Positions 8,496-19,249 of a stretch of DNA of 60,779 bases are shown here, in pieces. The translations under genes were made by a program, and so were the position numbers. Under the pieces are notes generated by a model. That model did not search any database. It had not been told where the DNA came from and saw only the letters and a list, made by a program, of their open reading frames with translations. Source of the stretch: a virus. Each line of letters begins with the position of its first letter. Position 1 is the stretch's first letter. The stretch is taken from the UHGV virus genome UHGV-0247086; one strand, given 5' to 3'.

Positions 8496-11396
8496 GTGAC
8501 AGAACAAACCTCCCGCCTGTCCATTATTATTGACAGCTCTGGGGCAGAAAAGCAGGCTGACAATCTCGCAACTGCACTTGTAAAAATGACGCAGGCAGGT
8601 GAACGTGCTGCCACCAGTGCAGGGAAAGTGACAAAGGCCACTGATGAAGAAAAACAGTCCCTTTCTGAACTTTTAGATCGTATCGACCCGGTAAACGCCG
8701 CCCTGAACAAACTGGATAAACAACAGCAGGATCTTGCGAAATTCAAATCCAAGGGGATGGTAGATACCGATACATTCGATCTTTATTCAAAGAAAATTGA
8801 GGAAACACGAAACAGACTAACAGGATTTCGCGACGACCTTGGTAAAACCGGCCAATCCGCCGCCCAGACTGCCTATGCCATGCGCATGATCCCGGCTCAG
8901 ATGACAGATATTGTTGTCGGCTTATCCACCGGTCAGTCTCCGTTTATGGTTCTCATGCAGCAGGGCGGTCAGCTCAAAGATATGTTCGGCGGTATTGGTC
9001 CCGCGATTAAAGGTGTTGGCGGATATGTGCTGGGGTTGATTAATCCTGTCACTCTGGCTGCCGCGGCTGTTGGTGTTCTTGGTCTGGCCTATTACAAAGG
9101 CTCACAGGAGCAGGACGAGTTCTACAAGTCGCTGACCCTTGGCGGTAATCTGGTTGGTAAAACCTCCGGGCAACTGGCAGATATGGCTGCCCGTGTATCG
9201 GTCGCAGCTAACACCACAACCGGTGCAGCAGCTTCAACGCTAAATCAGTTGGTGTCATCCGGTAAAGTAGCTGGCGATTCTCTGGAGCGCGTGACAACCG
9301 CCATTGTTAAGATCAGCGATGCGACGGGTATTGCTACAGAAAAGCTGGTGAGCGACTTCAACGATATTGCTGCTGATCCAGTAGCGGCTATAACCAAACT
9401 TAACGACCAGTACCACTTTCTGACACTGGCAACCTACAACCAGATTAAAGCGCTACAGGATGAAGGTAATCAGCAGGATGCTGCACGAGTGGCTACTGAT
9501 GCTTACGCCAATGCCATGCAGCAGCGTGCGAATGATATTCATCAGAATCTTGGTCTTCTTGAAAGTGCATGGGACTCGCTGGGTAAAACGGCCAAAGGCG
9601 CCTGGGATGCGATGCTCAACATTGGGCGTGAACAAACACTAACGGATAAACTTGCCACCTTAAACGAAAATATTGCTGAAGCCCAAAAGGGGCAAAAAGA
9701 TGGCGGGTTCTGGAACAGTTTTAGCGCGAGGTTTACCAACCTCCCGGAGATGATAAAACAGAGAGATTTGCTTGAATCAGTTGCCAATCTTCAGGGGGAT
9801 GTAACCAAAGGACAGGCGAAGGCTAAGGAAGCCGAACAGCAAAGAATTAAAACCCAGCAGGAAGCAGATCGCGTTAACCAGCAATATCTGAGCAATACGG
9901 ATAAGCGCAATAAAGCCATTAAGCAGCAAAGCGAGTTCCTGAAGGCAGGCGCAATTACTGCAGAGCAATATTCAAAAAATGTTTCTCGTATTAACGAGAT
10001 GTACAAAGATCCGAAACCACCCAAGACGCCAAAGAGTAAAGCATATACCGAGGACGCAGCAACCCGGCTGCTTGATCAGATAAACCAGCAGACTGCTGCC
10101 ATGCAGTCCCAGCTGGATGCCAGTGACAAGCTTAACAGCGCGACACAGGCTCGTATCAAGTTCGAGCAGCAGATTGCTGACCTCAAATCTAAAACGCAGC
10201 TCACCGCTGACCAGAAGTCGATTCTTTCCCGTTCAGATGAAATCCTCCAGGCGTATAAGCAGCAGGAGGCACTGCAAAATTCCGTAAAAACCCTGGACGA
10301 TTACCGGAAGATGCAGGAACAGGTAAAGACGAAGGATGAGCGGACCAACGATCTGCTTAAAACCCGTCTTGAACTGCTGGAGAAGGCCAAAGCAACGGGG
10401 CAACTTAAACCCGGTGAATATGAAAAAACGCGGGCAGATATTTATCAAAACACCGATATGCAACTGCCCTCGACGGTTCGTAATGTTGTAGGAAACCTGA
10501 CACCCACAGGAGGGCGACTCTCTGGAACTTTTGAGGGGATGCAGGGGCAAATCAATGAATATGACCAGGCGCAGCAGGAGCTCCAACGCTGGCTGGCAGC
10601 TCAGGAGGAAGCTTATGCGAAGGCCGGCGAAATGACTGCCGAGGGTGAGGCCAGAATGACGTCGATTCGTCAGCGTGCAGCGGATGCAAATCAGGTCATC
10701 GAGGCTCAGAAAAACACCATCATATCTGCGGCCACGCAGTCCTTGTTTGACAGTACCGCCGACATCATGCGAACGGGTTTTGGTGAGCAATCGGCAATCT
10801 ACAAGGTCGCTTTTGCTGCGAGCAAGGCATTCGCTATCGCGGACTCGATGGTGAAAATCCAGCAGGCTATAGCAAGCGGTGCAGTAAGCGCGCCTTATCC
10901 GGCCAACATCATCGCTATGGCCTCAATCGCTGCGCAGACCGCCAGTATCGTCTCAAATATTCAGGCTGTTTCAGGCGTTGGCTTCGCCTCCGGCGGTTAC
11001 ACCGGCCCCGGTGGTAAGTATCAGCCAGCGGGTATTGTTCACAAAGGAGAGTACGTCTTCGACCAGGCATCAACGAACCGGATCGGCGTGTCTCAGCTTG
11101 AGGCACTTCGAAATGGCCAACCGCTTGATGCAACTCTGGGGCGTACAGGGTTTGGTACTGGTGTTCAGAACGTTAACAGCGATAACAGCAGCAAGACCAC
11201 CATCCATGCTCCCATTGAGCAACATTTCCATACGCCGCCCGGTGTGACACCTGATCAGATGGCTCTCTCCATGGCTCAAACGCAGAAGCGGGCGACAACG
11301 GAAGCCCTGGATCAGGTTGCTGCGCAATTGTTGAGAGGGGACGGGAAAGTTGGTAAGGCAATGCGCAGTAAATATACAGGCAGAGGGTTAGAGTGA
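8496..11396 (+). CDS. tail tape measure protein (lambda-family TMP)
   Basis: 966 aa, alpha-helical and Ala/Gln-rich with a conserved lambda-family C-terminal region. GTG at 8496 with RBS GGAGAAAAG. The track ORF starts at TTG 8478. Confidence 0.9.
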   Translation: MTEQTSRLSIIIDSSGAEKQADNLATALVKMTQAGERAATSAGKVTKATDEEKQSLSELLDRIDPVNAALNKLDKQQQDLAKFKSKGMVDTDTFDLYSKKIEETRNRLTGFRDDLGKTGQSAAQTAYAMRMIPAQMTDIVVGLSTGQSPFMVLMQQGGQLKDMFGGIGPAIKGVGGYVLGLINPVTLAAAAVGVLGLAYYKGSQEQDEFYKSLTLGGNLVGKTSGQLADMAARVSVAANTTTGAAASTLNQLVSSGKVAGDSLERVTTAIVKISDATGIATEKLVSDFNDIAADPVAAITKLNDQYHFLTLATYNQIKALQDEGNQQDAARVATDAYANAMQQRANDIHQNLGLLESAWDSLGKTAKGAWDAMLNIGREQTLTDKLATLNENIAEAQKGQKDGGFWNSFSARFTNLPEMIKQRDLLESVANLQGDVTKGQAKAKEAEQQRIKTQQEADRVNQQYLSNTDKRNKAIKQQSEFLKAGAITAEQYSKNVSRINEMYKDPKPPKTPKSKAYTEDAATRLLDQINQQTAAMQSQLDASDKLNSATQARIKFEQQIADLKSKTQLTADQKSILSRSDEILQAYKQQEALQNSVKTLDDYRKMQEQVKTKDERTNDLLKTRLELLEKAKATGQLKPGEYEKTRADIYQNTDMQLPSTVRNVVGNLTPTGGRLSGTFEGMQGQINEYDQAQQELQRWLAAQEEAYAKAGEMTAEGEARMTSIRQRAADANQVIEAQKNTIISAATQSLFDSTADIMRTGFGEQSAIYKVAFAASKAFAIADSMVKIQQAIASGAVSAPYPANIIAMASIAAQTASIVSNIQAVSGVGFASGGYTGPGGKYQPAGIVHKGEYVFDQASTNRIGVSQLEALRNGQPLDATLGRTGFGTGVQNVNSDNSSKTTIHAPIEQHFHTPPGVTPDQMALSMAQTQKRATTEALDQVAAQLLRGDGKVGKAMRSKYTGRGLE

Positions 11397-11869
11397 TGAC
11401 TGATATCTACTACCCGCATGACAGTCTTCCGATGCCATTACAGGAAGGATACGGATTCCAGCCTGTAAGCCCGTTAAAACGTACCCAGTTAATCACCGGC
11501 CGCGCGCGGCAAAGGCGAGCTTATACGTCCACGCCGACGCAGGCCAGCATCACCTGGTTTATGGAAACCGATGCGCAGGGACTGGCGTTTGAGTCCTGGT
11601 TCCGTGATGCGTTATCTGACGGGGCTGCATGGTTCATGATGAAGCTGCAGACGCCGGCAGGCATTAAGTTTTACAAATGCCGCTTCACAGATATTTATCA
11701 GGGACCGGTGCTGGTGGCCCCGATTTACTGGAAGTACACGGCGACGCTTGAATTATGGGAACGCCCCCTTGCTCCTGCCCCATGGGGTAATTACCCGGAA
11801 TGGATCGTCGGCAGCTCACTGCTGGATATTGCGCTGAATAAGGAATGGCCGAAGCATGACTCAGATTAA
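11393..11869 (+). CDS. minor tail protein (distal tail protein-like)
   Basis: 158 aa immediately after the TMP, with an ATGA overlap. Confidence 0.6.
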   Translation: MMTDIYYPHDSLPMPLQEGYGFQPVSPLKRTQLITGRARQRRAYTSTPTQASITWFMETDAQGLAFESWFRDALSDGAAWFMMKLQTPAGIKFYKCRFTDIYQGPVLVAPIYWKYTATLELWERPLAPAPWGNYPEWIVGSSLLDIALNKEWPKHDSD

Positions 11870-12338
11870 ACGCCTTTACGCCAGCAGCGGGCCGGAAGAG
11901 ATTATTGAGACGCTGCAGATCTCCATTGGCTCTGATGTTCACTTCCTTTGCCAGGGTTACGACAACATCACGGCGACGACGGAGAACGGCGATACCGTAA
12001 CGTTTTCAGCCTGTGCGATAGACATTGCACTGCCGGCGCGCAATGCGGACGGCACGCAGGACCTCAAATTTGCCTTGTGCAATATCGATGGTGTTGTGTC
12101 CACGGCGATCCGCAATGCGCTGGCTAACCGTCTGTCTGCATTTCTGACGTACCGGCGTTATATCTCCACTGATTTAGCGGCCCCTGCGGAAGTGCCGTAT
12201 ACGCTTAAAATCAAGTCGGGCTCCTGGACGGCGACAGAGGTGCAGATCACTGCGGGCTACATGAATATCCTCGATACCGCCTGGCCGCGATACCGCTACA
12301 CGCTCCCTGTATTCCCCGGACTGCGTTATATCAGCTAA
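11856..12338 (+). CDS. minor tail protein (tail hub/L-like)
   Basis: 160 aa, overlapping the upstream gene, within the tail tip module. Confidence 0.6.
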   Translation: MTQIKRLYASSGPEEIIETLQISIGSDVHFLCQGYDNITATTENGDTVTFSACAIDIALPARNADGTQDLKFALCNIDGVVSTAIRNALANRLSAFLTYRRYISTDLAAPAEVPYTLKIKSGSWTATEVQITAGYMNILDTAWPRYRYTLPVFPGLRYIS

Positions 12339-12347
12339 GGAATCCCA

Positions 12348-12728
12348 ATGTTTAACCCTGATAAATACCGTTCAGTCACCTGGCTGAAGGGCGGGCGCGT
12401 ATACCCGCAACTCGACTGTTTCGGCATTGTGAACGAGATACGCCGCGACCTGAATTTACCCGACTGGCCCGATTTTGCAGGGGTTACCAAAGACGACGGA
12501 GGCCTCGACCGGGAAGCGCGCAGGATGATGCTTACCCTTGAGCGCTGTGAACCCTGCGAAGGGGCCGGGGTGGCCTGTTATTCCGGATCAGCCGTCACCC
12601 ATGTGGGGATCGTGGTCAGTATCGATGGTCTGCTGCATGTGGCGGAATGCAATCCGAGTACGAACGTCACCTTTCTGCCGTTGCCGCGGTTTAAGCGCCG
12701 ATTTGTCAAAGTGGAGTTCTGGCAATGA
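12348..12728 (+). CDS. NlpC/P60 (C40) family tail-associated peptidase
   Basis: 126 aa with Cys in the LDCFGIV context and downstream His (THVGIV, LLHVAE), typical of the CHAP/NlpC-P60 domains of lambda K-like proteins. Confidence 0.65.
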   Translation: MFNPDKYRSVTWLKGGRVYPQLDCFGIVNEIRRDLNLPDWPDFAGVTKDDGGLDREARRMMLTLERCEPCEGAGVACYSGSAVTHVGIVVSIDGLLHVAECNPSTNVTFLPLPRFKRRFVKVEFWQ

Positions 12729-15700
12729 CCATTCGTTTTTATCCGTCCCGGCTTCCCGGAGAACCACTTGAAACGCATGAGCATGGTGTAACCAGTATTC
12801 GCAAGTGGCTGGTGGCAAATGTTGAAGGTTACGAGGATCGGGATGTTCCACCGCTGACCGTTGAGGTTGAGGGGCAGTCAATTCCGCCAGGCGAATGGGC
12901 TACTTTCGTGATCCATCCTGATAGTGATGTCCGGCTTTATCCGGTGCCTTTCGGGCTTGAGGCCGCGACAATTGCCTGGATAGGTGTGGGCATCGCCGTC
13001 GCATCTGCGGCTTATTCATTGTTCATGATGAGTAACATTGATGCTGGCGGCTACACGTCATCCACAGGGCGAAGCCTCGCCCTGAACCCGGCAAAGGCGA
13101 ATACCGCAAAACTCGGTGATGCCATTCGTGAGGTGTTTGGCCGGGTGCGTATCTACCCTGATTATGTGGTGCCGCCGGTTACCCGGTTTGATGCCGCCGA
13201 TCCTACGAAAATGCGCGTCCAGATGCTGCTGTGTCTCGGTGTCGGTGATCTGATTTATACCAATGGCGATATCCGGGTTGGCAGTACGCCAGCTTCAACG
13301 CTACCGGGATTCAGCAGCACCCATTACCCGCCAGGCGCGGACGTTTCCGGTGATGAGCGCAGCGAAAACTGGGTCAACTCCACCGAAGTGGGCGGGACGT
13401 CATCCGGCACCGGGCTGGATATGGCCCAGACGTCGCCGGACGCAGACGACATTATCGCAGACAGCATGACCGTATCCGGATCGAGCGTGACGTTTACCGG
13501 GCTGGATACGGATGATGATGACGATAATGACGAGAACGATAACGCGCTACCGCCCAGCTGGGTCGCTGGCGCAGTGGTCGAACTGAAAGCCCCGGCTAAC
13601 TACCAGATCACTTCGGCGGCTGGATACAGCGTTATCGCCAGCCCGCTGCTGACGGAGATCGCGCCGGTAGTAGGTATGCCGGTAACCCTGGGGTTTAACT
13701 CTGTCGATTACGATCTGTTTATCGCGTCATATACCCCCGGTCAGGCTGCAGTGCCCGGCGCCGGGGGGAGTGCGGCAAAACTCCAGGCCAGTGCGGCCCC
13801 GACCACCTACGACTTTTCGACCAGCTCCAGCACGTTCACGATCACCTGGCAGGGGGTTACCTACCCGGTGTCGCTGGTGGCTAACTACGTCTCGATGTCG
13901 GGACTGCTGGCGGCCATTACCGAGGGACTCACTGGCTCCGGCCTGGTTGCGCAGGACAACGGCGGCACCGTACTGATAACCGAGGCGGCCAGTCCGTTCG
14001 CGGGTGGGGCGATCACGTCCTCTTCGCTGCCAGCAGCTGTTTTCGGTGATGCTCCGGTTTACACCGCCGGCACGGCATCAACCGGCGGCAGCCCGGCGGT
14101 AACGGCAAATGTGACACTCGCCTATAACAGCGCCACGGGTACCGCGTTCTCCGGGATGCCGGAGGGGGTGCAACGGCTTTCACTTGCTCACCGCGGGAAT
14201 GAATACCGCATTGTCTCAGCCGACGGCACAACGGCGACGGTGGCGCGCCTGGTTAATGGTGCCGTTGATGAGTCATGGCCGGGATTCACCGCCCGGACGA
14301 TGATCGACTATGAGGCCACTGGTCTTAACGACACGCTGAGCTGGCTGGGGCCGTTCCTCGTATGCCCTGAAAATGAAGTGGTGGATGCGTTCGAGGTGAA
14401 TTTCTCCTTCCCGAACGGCATCTGTGGCTTTGACAGCAAGGGGAAAAAGCGGCTTCGGCATGTTGAGTGGGAGATACAGTATCGCGTCTACGGTTCCGGA
14501 TCGGGGTGGGTGAGTCACCAGGGTGAGTATGCGCTGAAAAACGTCAACGGGTTAGGTTTCACTGAGCGGATCACCCTCAGCTCTCCGGGACTGGTAGAGG
14601 TTCGCTGCCGTCGGCGCAATGAGCAGGGCTCAAACAACGCCAGGGATTCGATGTACTGGCAGGCACTGCGCGGGCGACTGCTGACGCGCCCTTCATCCTA
14701 TCCCGGCGTGTCGCTGATGGCGGTGACCGTTGAGACGGGGGGCAAATTGGCGGCTCAGTCGGACCGCCGCGTAAACGTTGTGGCCACGCGGGCCTATGAC
14801 TCAGGAACGGCCAGAACCATTTCGGGGGCGCTGCTGCATGTCGGGAACTCGCTGGGACTGGAGATGGATGTCGACACCATCAACGCGCTGGAGTCTGCAT
14901 ACTGGACGCCACGCGGCGAGTATTTCGACTTTGCTACCGGCGACAGTATCTCAGCGCTGGAAATGCTGCAGAAGATAGCCAATGCCGGGAAGTCACGTTT
15001 TCTGCTGAGTGATGGCCTGGCGACGGTCAACCGTGAGGGGATTAAGCCCTGGACTGGCGTGATCACTCCGCATGAGATGGTGGAGGAGCTGCAGAGCGGA
15101 TTTACCGTACCGTCCGACGATGATTTTGATGGCGTCGACGTGACGTACATCAACGGGACTACCTGGGCAGAGGAGACCGTTAAATGCCGGACGCCAGACA
15201 ATCCCACGCCGGTGAAAATCGAGGCCTACAAACTCGATGGTGTACTGAATCAGGATCACGCCTACCAGATCGGCATGCGTCGCCTGATGAAATACCTGCA
15301 GCAGCGGGTGACGTTCCAGACCACTACCGAGCTGGACGCGCTGTGCTACAACACGGGCGATCGCATTGTGCTCACAGATGATATTCCGGGTAACAACACG
15401 ATTTCCTGTCTGGTGGAGGCGATGACAACGGCTGGTGGCGTGACAACGTTCACCGTTACGGAGCCGCTGGACTGGTCTTTCGAAAATCCCCGGGTGCTGA
15501 TCCGCTATCAGGATGGCTCTGCACCCGGGCTGATGGTGGCGAGCAGGGTGGGTGATTTTCAGCTGTCAGTCCCGCACCTGAGCGAGTTTGATGACCCGAT
15601 GAAGGTTGACTTGTCATCGGCAACCATCGAGCCGATCCGCCTGGTGTTCTGCGGCTCAACGCGCCACGTCTACGACGCCATTGTAGAGGAGATCGCCCCG

Positions 15701-15793
15701 CAGTCTGACGGAACCTGCCAGGTCACCGCAAAAGAATACCTCGAATCGTTCTATGCCTACGACGACGCCATATACCCCGGCGACGTCGCGTAA
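12725..15793 (+). CDS. tail tip / host specificity protein (gpJ-like central fibre with gpI-like N-terminus)
   Basis: 1022 aa. N-terminal hydrophobic helix, acidic DDDDDNDENDN linker, and a large beta-rich C-terminus. Position after NlpC/P60 matches lambda I/J. Confidence 0.75.
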   Translation: MTIRFYPSRLPGEPLETHEHGVTSIRKWLVANVEGYEDRDVPPLTVEVEGQSIPPGEWATFVIHPDSDVRLYPVPFGLEAATIAWIGVGIAVASAAYSLFMMSNIDAGGYTSSTGRSLALNPAKANTAKLGDAIREVFGRVRIYPDYVVPPVTRFDAADPTKMRVQMLLCLGVGDLIYTNGDIRVGSTPASTLPGFSSTHYPPGADVSGDERSENWVNSTEVGGTSSGTGLDMAQTSPDADDIIADSMTVSGSSVTFTGLDTDDDDDNDENDNALPPSWVAGAVVELKAPANYQITSAAGYSVIASPLLTEIAPVVGMPVTLGFNSVDYDLFIASYTPGQAAVPGAGGSAAKLQASAAPTTYDFSTSSSTFTITWQGVTYPVSLVANYVSMSGLLAAITEGLTGSGLVAQDNGGTVLITEAASPFAGGAITSSSLPAAVFGDAPVYTAGTASTGGSPAVTANVTLAYNSATGTAFSGMPEGVQRLSLAHRGNEYRIVSADGTTATVARLVNGAVDESWPGFTARTMIDYEATGLNDTLSWLGPFLVCPENEVVDAFEVNFSFPNGICGFDSKGKKRLRHVEWEIQYRVYGSGSGWVSHQGEYALKNVNGLGFTERITLSSPGLVEVRCRRRNEQGSNNARDSMYWQALRGRLLTRPSSYPGVSLMAVTVETGGKLAAQSDRRVNVVATRAYDSGTARTISGALLHVGNSLGLEMDVDTINALESAYWTPRGEYFDFATGDSISALEMLQKIANAGKSRFLLSDGLATVNREGIKPWTGVITPHEMVEELQSGFTVPSDDDFDGVDVTYINGTTWAEETVKCRTPDNPTPVKIEAYKLDGVLNQDHAYQIGMRRLMKYLQQRVTFQTTTELDALCYNTGDRIVLTDDIPGNNTISCLVEAMTTAGGVTTFTVTEPLDWSFENPRVLIRYQDGSAPGLMVASRVGDFQLSVPHLSEFDDPMKVDLSSATIEPIRLVFCGSTRHVYDAIVEEIAPQSDGTCQVTAKEYLESFYAYDDAIYPGDVA

Positions 15794-15822
15794 TACCCCA
15801 TAACAACCCCTAATTAACTCTT

Positions 15823-15848
15823 TTCGCTCAAACCCTCGTTTGGGCGAA
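15823..15848. promoter_or_regulatory. putative Hin/Gin-family inversion crossover site (left), 12-2-12 palindrome
   Basis: TTCGCTCAAACC-CT-CGTTTGGGCGAA. Half-sites fit TTnTCnnAAACC of hix/gix, about 8 of 12 positions. It lies 22 bp upstream of the tail-spike A ATG. Confidence 0.55.
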
Positions 15849-15869
15849 GCCTCTTTTTGGAGCAAAAAA

Positions 15870-17822
15870 ATGGCCGAACTTAACCCGCCTTTGGGAACGA
15901 CGACGCCTGAAATATTCCTGGATAACGTCAAGCGCGCTGACGAGCTGGTTAACGGTCCAGCCGGAACGGTTAACGACCGCGGCGGTGAACCGCTCGATAC
16001 CTGGCGCCAGATGATGGCGAAAAATGATGAGATACGGCAGAACATCATTCCGCTCAGCAAGCAGTATGCGACGCTGGCAGCGGCCCAGGCGGATATAGCG
16101 AATATTCCTGTGAACTCCACAACCTACGTGCGTAGCCCGGACGGCAGTGCGCTGGCTGACGAGTACATGAATGTAGCCGGGACGCTGACTGCCACCGGGC
16201 GCAGGATGCCGTCACAGGCCTACGTTGACGGTATGCAGGGAGATATCGACTCGCTCAATCAGATGCGGATTACGTTATCAGATTCGCTGAGCGACACATG
16301 GCGGGACGACCGTGATGACAAAACAGAGGTAGTTCTGGTGGCGGATAATGCGCTAAGGAAGCTTGTCAAACTTAATATCGAAAAGCAGAAGCTGGTTGTA
16401 TTCGGGAATGAGGTTCCGCGACAGGGCGAAGTGGATGAGGCCAGGGAGGCAGGATCTGAAACATGGTCATATAACGGAAGTGATGCAGACAGAATTATCC
16501 TTCTGGCTGACAGTGCCGACCGCATTGTTCGCGAATTGCGATTATCTGAGCAGGCGGAATACCTGTTCGGTAAAAAGGTCGGCACCGGTGGTGACGCCAG
16601 TTACACCCCCCCGCAATACTGGCCTGAGTTTGTGGACTGTCGCGCATACGGACAAAGTCTTTCCATCAGCCTGAACGCTGACGCCGGAATACTCACCCCG
16701 GTAACCAACGCATTTATGTTTGATACGGGGATCGTAACGTATAACAAAACGCTTACCTCACTTGTCACTGTACCCGACACAACAACGCAGCAATACCACG
16801 ATACGAGCCTGATTCATCAGCTGGAATATGATTCGCCCGCACCAGACAGAAAGTACATGGCTGCGGCGTCTGGCGTGAGTGGTTATTCCATGGCTCAGCT
16901 CGAACCAGGGACTGAACCTTACACCCAGCTCATGTCCAGCATAGATAAAGCGGCACAGCTTGCAGCATCGGCTGGCTATCAGTACGGGTTACCAGTTCTG
17001 ACATTCTTCCAGGGGGAGGCGGATGCGTATCTCGGTAGTTCTTACTCTTACTACCGTAGAAAAATGGTTTTGATGCAGTCCTCAATCAACGACAAAGCCA
17101 AGAGTGTTTCGCGCGCAACCTCTGATATGCCGATGATTATTTATCAGATGGCGTCTCAGGGACGATATCAGGGATTAGTCAACCCGAGCTCTGATATCCC
17201 GCGCGCTCAGCTCGATGAGGCAATCAGTAACCCGCTGATTCAGTTGTGCACCCCAATGTATATTTTCCCTTATACAGACGGCGTTCATCTTACTAATCAT
17301 GGTTATCGCTGGCTTGGCCTTTTCCGCGCCAAGGCGATCCGATACTGGATGGAGAACGGAAAACCGTGGAAGCCTCTGTATCCGATCGACATTTATAAAG
17401 TTGGCTCAAATACCGTGGTGGCGGCGTTTCATGTCCCGGTCGGCAACCTTCAGTTCAGGACTGACATTGTCCCCGAACACCCGTCCGGAGCAAAGGGTTT
17501 TGAACTCTGGCAGGATGATGGAGCCGGTAATGTCACGCGGCTGACAATCTCTTCAGTGCAGATTGTTGGTCCGGACAAAGTCAAAGTTACAACGGCCTCT
17601 ACATTCACGGGCACTGTTTATCTGGCCTATGGCTGGACCCCGTTAAACCGCGGTGCATCAGATGGTGATGGCCGCTATCCGTCATGGAACGCCGGAGTCA
17701 ACAGCGGTATCTGTGGAAACCTCTGTGACTCAGACAACTCAACCACTGATCTGCATGATGCAGCTGGCAATGCGTACCAGCTGAAGAACTATTGCTGCTG
17801 CTTTTATAAGGAAGCCATCTGA
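15870..17822 (+). CDS. tail spike / tail fibre A: conserved N-terminal anchor plus SGNH/SASA-like esterase-type C-terminal domain
   Basis: ATG 15870 with RBS GGAG. The first ~95 aa are near-identical (protein and DNA) to the minus-strand gene 21879..23831. FFQGEADA and LTNHGYRW motifs suggest SGNH/sialate-O-acetylesterase-like chemistry. Confidence 0.75.
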   Translation: MAELNPPLGTTTPEIFLDNVKRADELVNGPAGTVNDRGGEPLDTWRQMMAKNDEIRQNIIPLSKQYATLAAAQADIANIPVNSTTYVRSPDGSALADEYMNVAGTLTATGRRMPSQAYVDGMQGDIDSLNQMRITLSDSLSDTWRDDRDDKTEVVLVADNALRKLVKLNIEKQKLVVFGNEVPRQGEVDEAREAGSETWSYNGSDADRIILLADSADRIVRELRLSEQAEYLFGKKVGTGGDASYTPPQYWPEFVDCRAYGQSLSISLNADAGILTPVTNAFMFDTGIVTYNKTLTSLVTVPDTTTQQYHDTSLIHQLEYDSPAPDRKYMAAASGVSGYSMAQLEPGTEPYTQLMSSIDKAAQLAASAGYQYGLPVLTFFQGEADAYLGSSYSYYRRKMVLMQSSINDKAKSVSRATSDMPMIIYQMASQGRYQGLVNPSSDIPRAQLDEAISNPLIQLCTPMYIFPYTDGVHLTNHGYRWLGLFRAKAIRYWMENGKPWKPLYPIDIYKVGSNTVVAAFHVPVGNLQFRTDIVPEHPSGAKGFELWQDDGAGNVTRLTISSVQIVGPDKVKVTTASTFTGTVYLAYGWTPLNRGASDGDGRYPSWNAGVNSGICGNLCDSDNSTTDLHDAAGNAYQLKNYCCCFYKEAI

Positions 17823-18580
17823 TGCCGTATCTATTCACTCGCCTTAATTTTGAAGTCCCGTTTTCCGGTGCGGAATATCTGAATGAGTCTGACGTCAGCC
17901 GGGTGATCTCAGCGGTGACTCCGCAGCCTGGCTTCTTCAACTGGTTGTTTGGCGGCTCATCCGCCAGCCTGACCTCTTATGACGGAGCACACGTCATGAC
18001 GCAGGCAGATGCGTCGCTAACGAAAACCTATGGTGATACTTACGTACAGCTACCTGCCAGTGCGGGCACACTGAAAAATGGCCTCCAGACTGAATGGGGA
18101 GATACCAGCATTTATACCTGGTGTACTGTCATTCAGTATTCCGGAGCTGCTTCTCAGGTGCTTGGCGGGGCAACGGATAACTCGACAGGTGAAGCTGTGC
18201 AGATGTCCTCTGCAGGTGCGATTGTTTTTGCCTATAAAGAAAGCGGCACGGGCACTACCAAAGCGCAGGCAATACCGGTTCCGGCCGGGCTGAGCGCGGG
18301 AGCCAATATTTTTATCGGTGTCACCCGCAGTGGAAGCAATCTGACGGCATTTGTTGGCGGAGCATCGACTAAGCTCGCGCTTACAGCGGCAAAAAATGCC
18401 AACGCAGCGTTGAAAATTGGTCCCGGCAATACATCGTATACAGGCGCGTCAGGCTACTCTAAAGAGCTTCGCTGTTATGAGTTCCTGTATTCAACCAATG
18501 CAGTGTCTGCTTCAGATCTGGATAGTATCTACGCCGCGGCAAAAGAGCGCTGTGCGGCGAGGGGGATCAGCGTTCTGTAA
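17822..18580 (+). CDS. LamG-like (concanavalin A-like lectin) domain protein, partner of tail spike A
   Basis: ATGA overlap with the tail-spike stop. C-terminal ELRCYEFLYSTNAVSASDLDSIY matches the LamG DxxRIYNRALSxxEI signature. Confidence 0.6.
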   Translation: MPYLFTRLNFEVPFSGAEYLNESDVSRVISAVTPQPGFFNWLFGGSSASLTSYDGAHVMTQADASLTKTYGDTYVQLPASAGTLKNGLQTEWGDTSIYTWCTVIQYSGAASQVLGGATDNSTGEAVQMSSAGAIVFAYKESGTGTTKAQAIPVPAGLSAGANIFIGVTRSGSNLTAFVGGASTKLALTAAKNANAALKIGPGNTSYTGASGYSKELRCYEFLYSTNAVSASDLDSIYAAAKERCAARGISVL

Positions 18581-18592
18581 ATTCTGTAGCAT

Positions 18593-18619
18593 GCGGCTGT
18601 CAATTTATTCGACAGCCGC
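18593..18619. terminator. bidirectional hairpin terminator between convergent tail-spike cassettes
   Basis: GCGGCTGTC-AATTTATTC-GACAGCCGC, a 9-bp perfect stem flanked by A/T runs. Confidence 0.65.
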
Positions 18620-18647
18620 AATATTCACTTTTCAGCAAGTCTGTGAA

Positions 18648-19204
18648 TTACAGGGTATAGGTACTGATTGCATAGGAGGTAACCGAAGCGATTTCTTCCG
18701 CTGTCAGAATGCGTTCCCATATGACCATTTCAGCAAACTGCGGTCCAGTATTGGATGAGCCTCCCGGGTCTTTACCAAACCGTAACCGTCGCTGTTCATC
18801 CGCCGAACCACCACGGGTGATGATCCCTGAAACACTAACAGCGGATGATCCCGCGCCGATTAATCTTAACGTAACTGCGGCAGCGCTATCAGCAGGGATG
18901 GTCAGAACAGCAGCATATCGACGAGCTGAAATAGCCACACCTCCCGCTGCCGGATCGTTGGAAACGCTAAGTGTTGTACCAGCAGCACCGGACATTTTTG
19001 ACAGGCCCCAGCTGGCGCTTGCCCGGCTGAACCGCAATCCTCCGATGGTCAGAATGGAGTGAGATGCGGAGCCATGAACCTCATACCATACTGCAAGCAG
19101 ACTGACATCACCGAATTTGCGGTTAATGTCCGTCAGTGCTGCCTGCGCCCCTGTAATGGCACAGTCGACCATACGAACACCTGACTGATCGACAATCATC
19201 GGCC
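18648..19204 (-). pseudogene. C-terminal part of LamG-like partner gene of tail spike B, separated from its 5' part by the IS66 insertion
   Basis: C-terminal FAEMVIWERILTAEEIASV LamG signature. It is in frame with 21931..21675 once the IS and one TSD copy are removed. Confidence 0.6.
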
Positions 19205-19249
19205 GATTGGTGGTAAGCGTGCAGCGAGAACCGTATTGACGGGGATGTG

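Noticed and set aside
9453-10790. Multiple minus-strand and alternate-frame ORFs (9453-9635, 9542-9787, 9777-10024, 10233-10790) inside the tape measure gene
   Set aside because: They lie antisense or out of frame within a long, clearly real gene, have no RBS, and have low-complexity products. Typical spurious ORFs in GC-rich repetitive coding sequence.
13263-15659. Arg/Pro-rich ORFs in alternate frames and antisense within the J-like gene (13263, 13770, 14013, 14273, 14794, 15456)
   Set aside because: Embedded in a 1022-aa gene, composition artefacts of GC-rich sequence.
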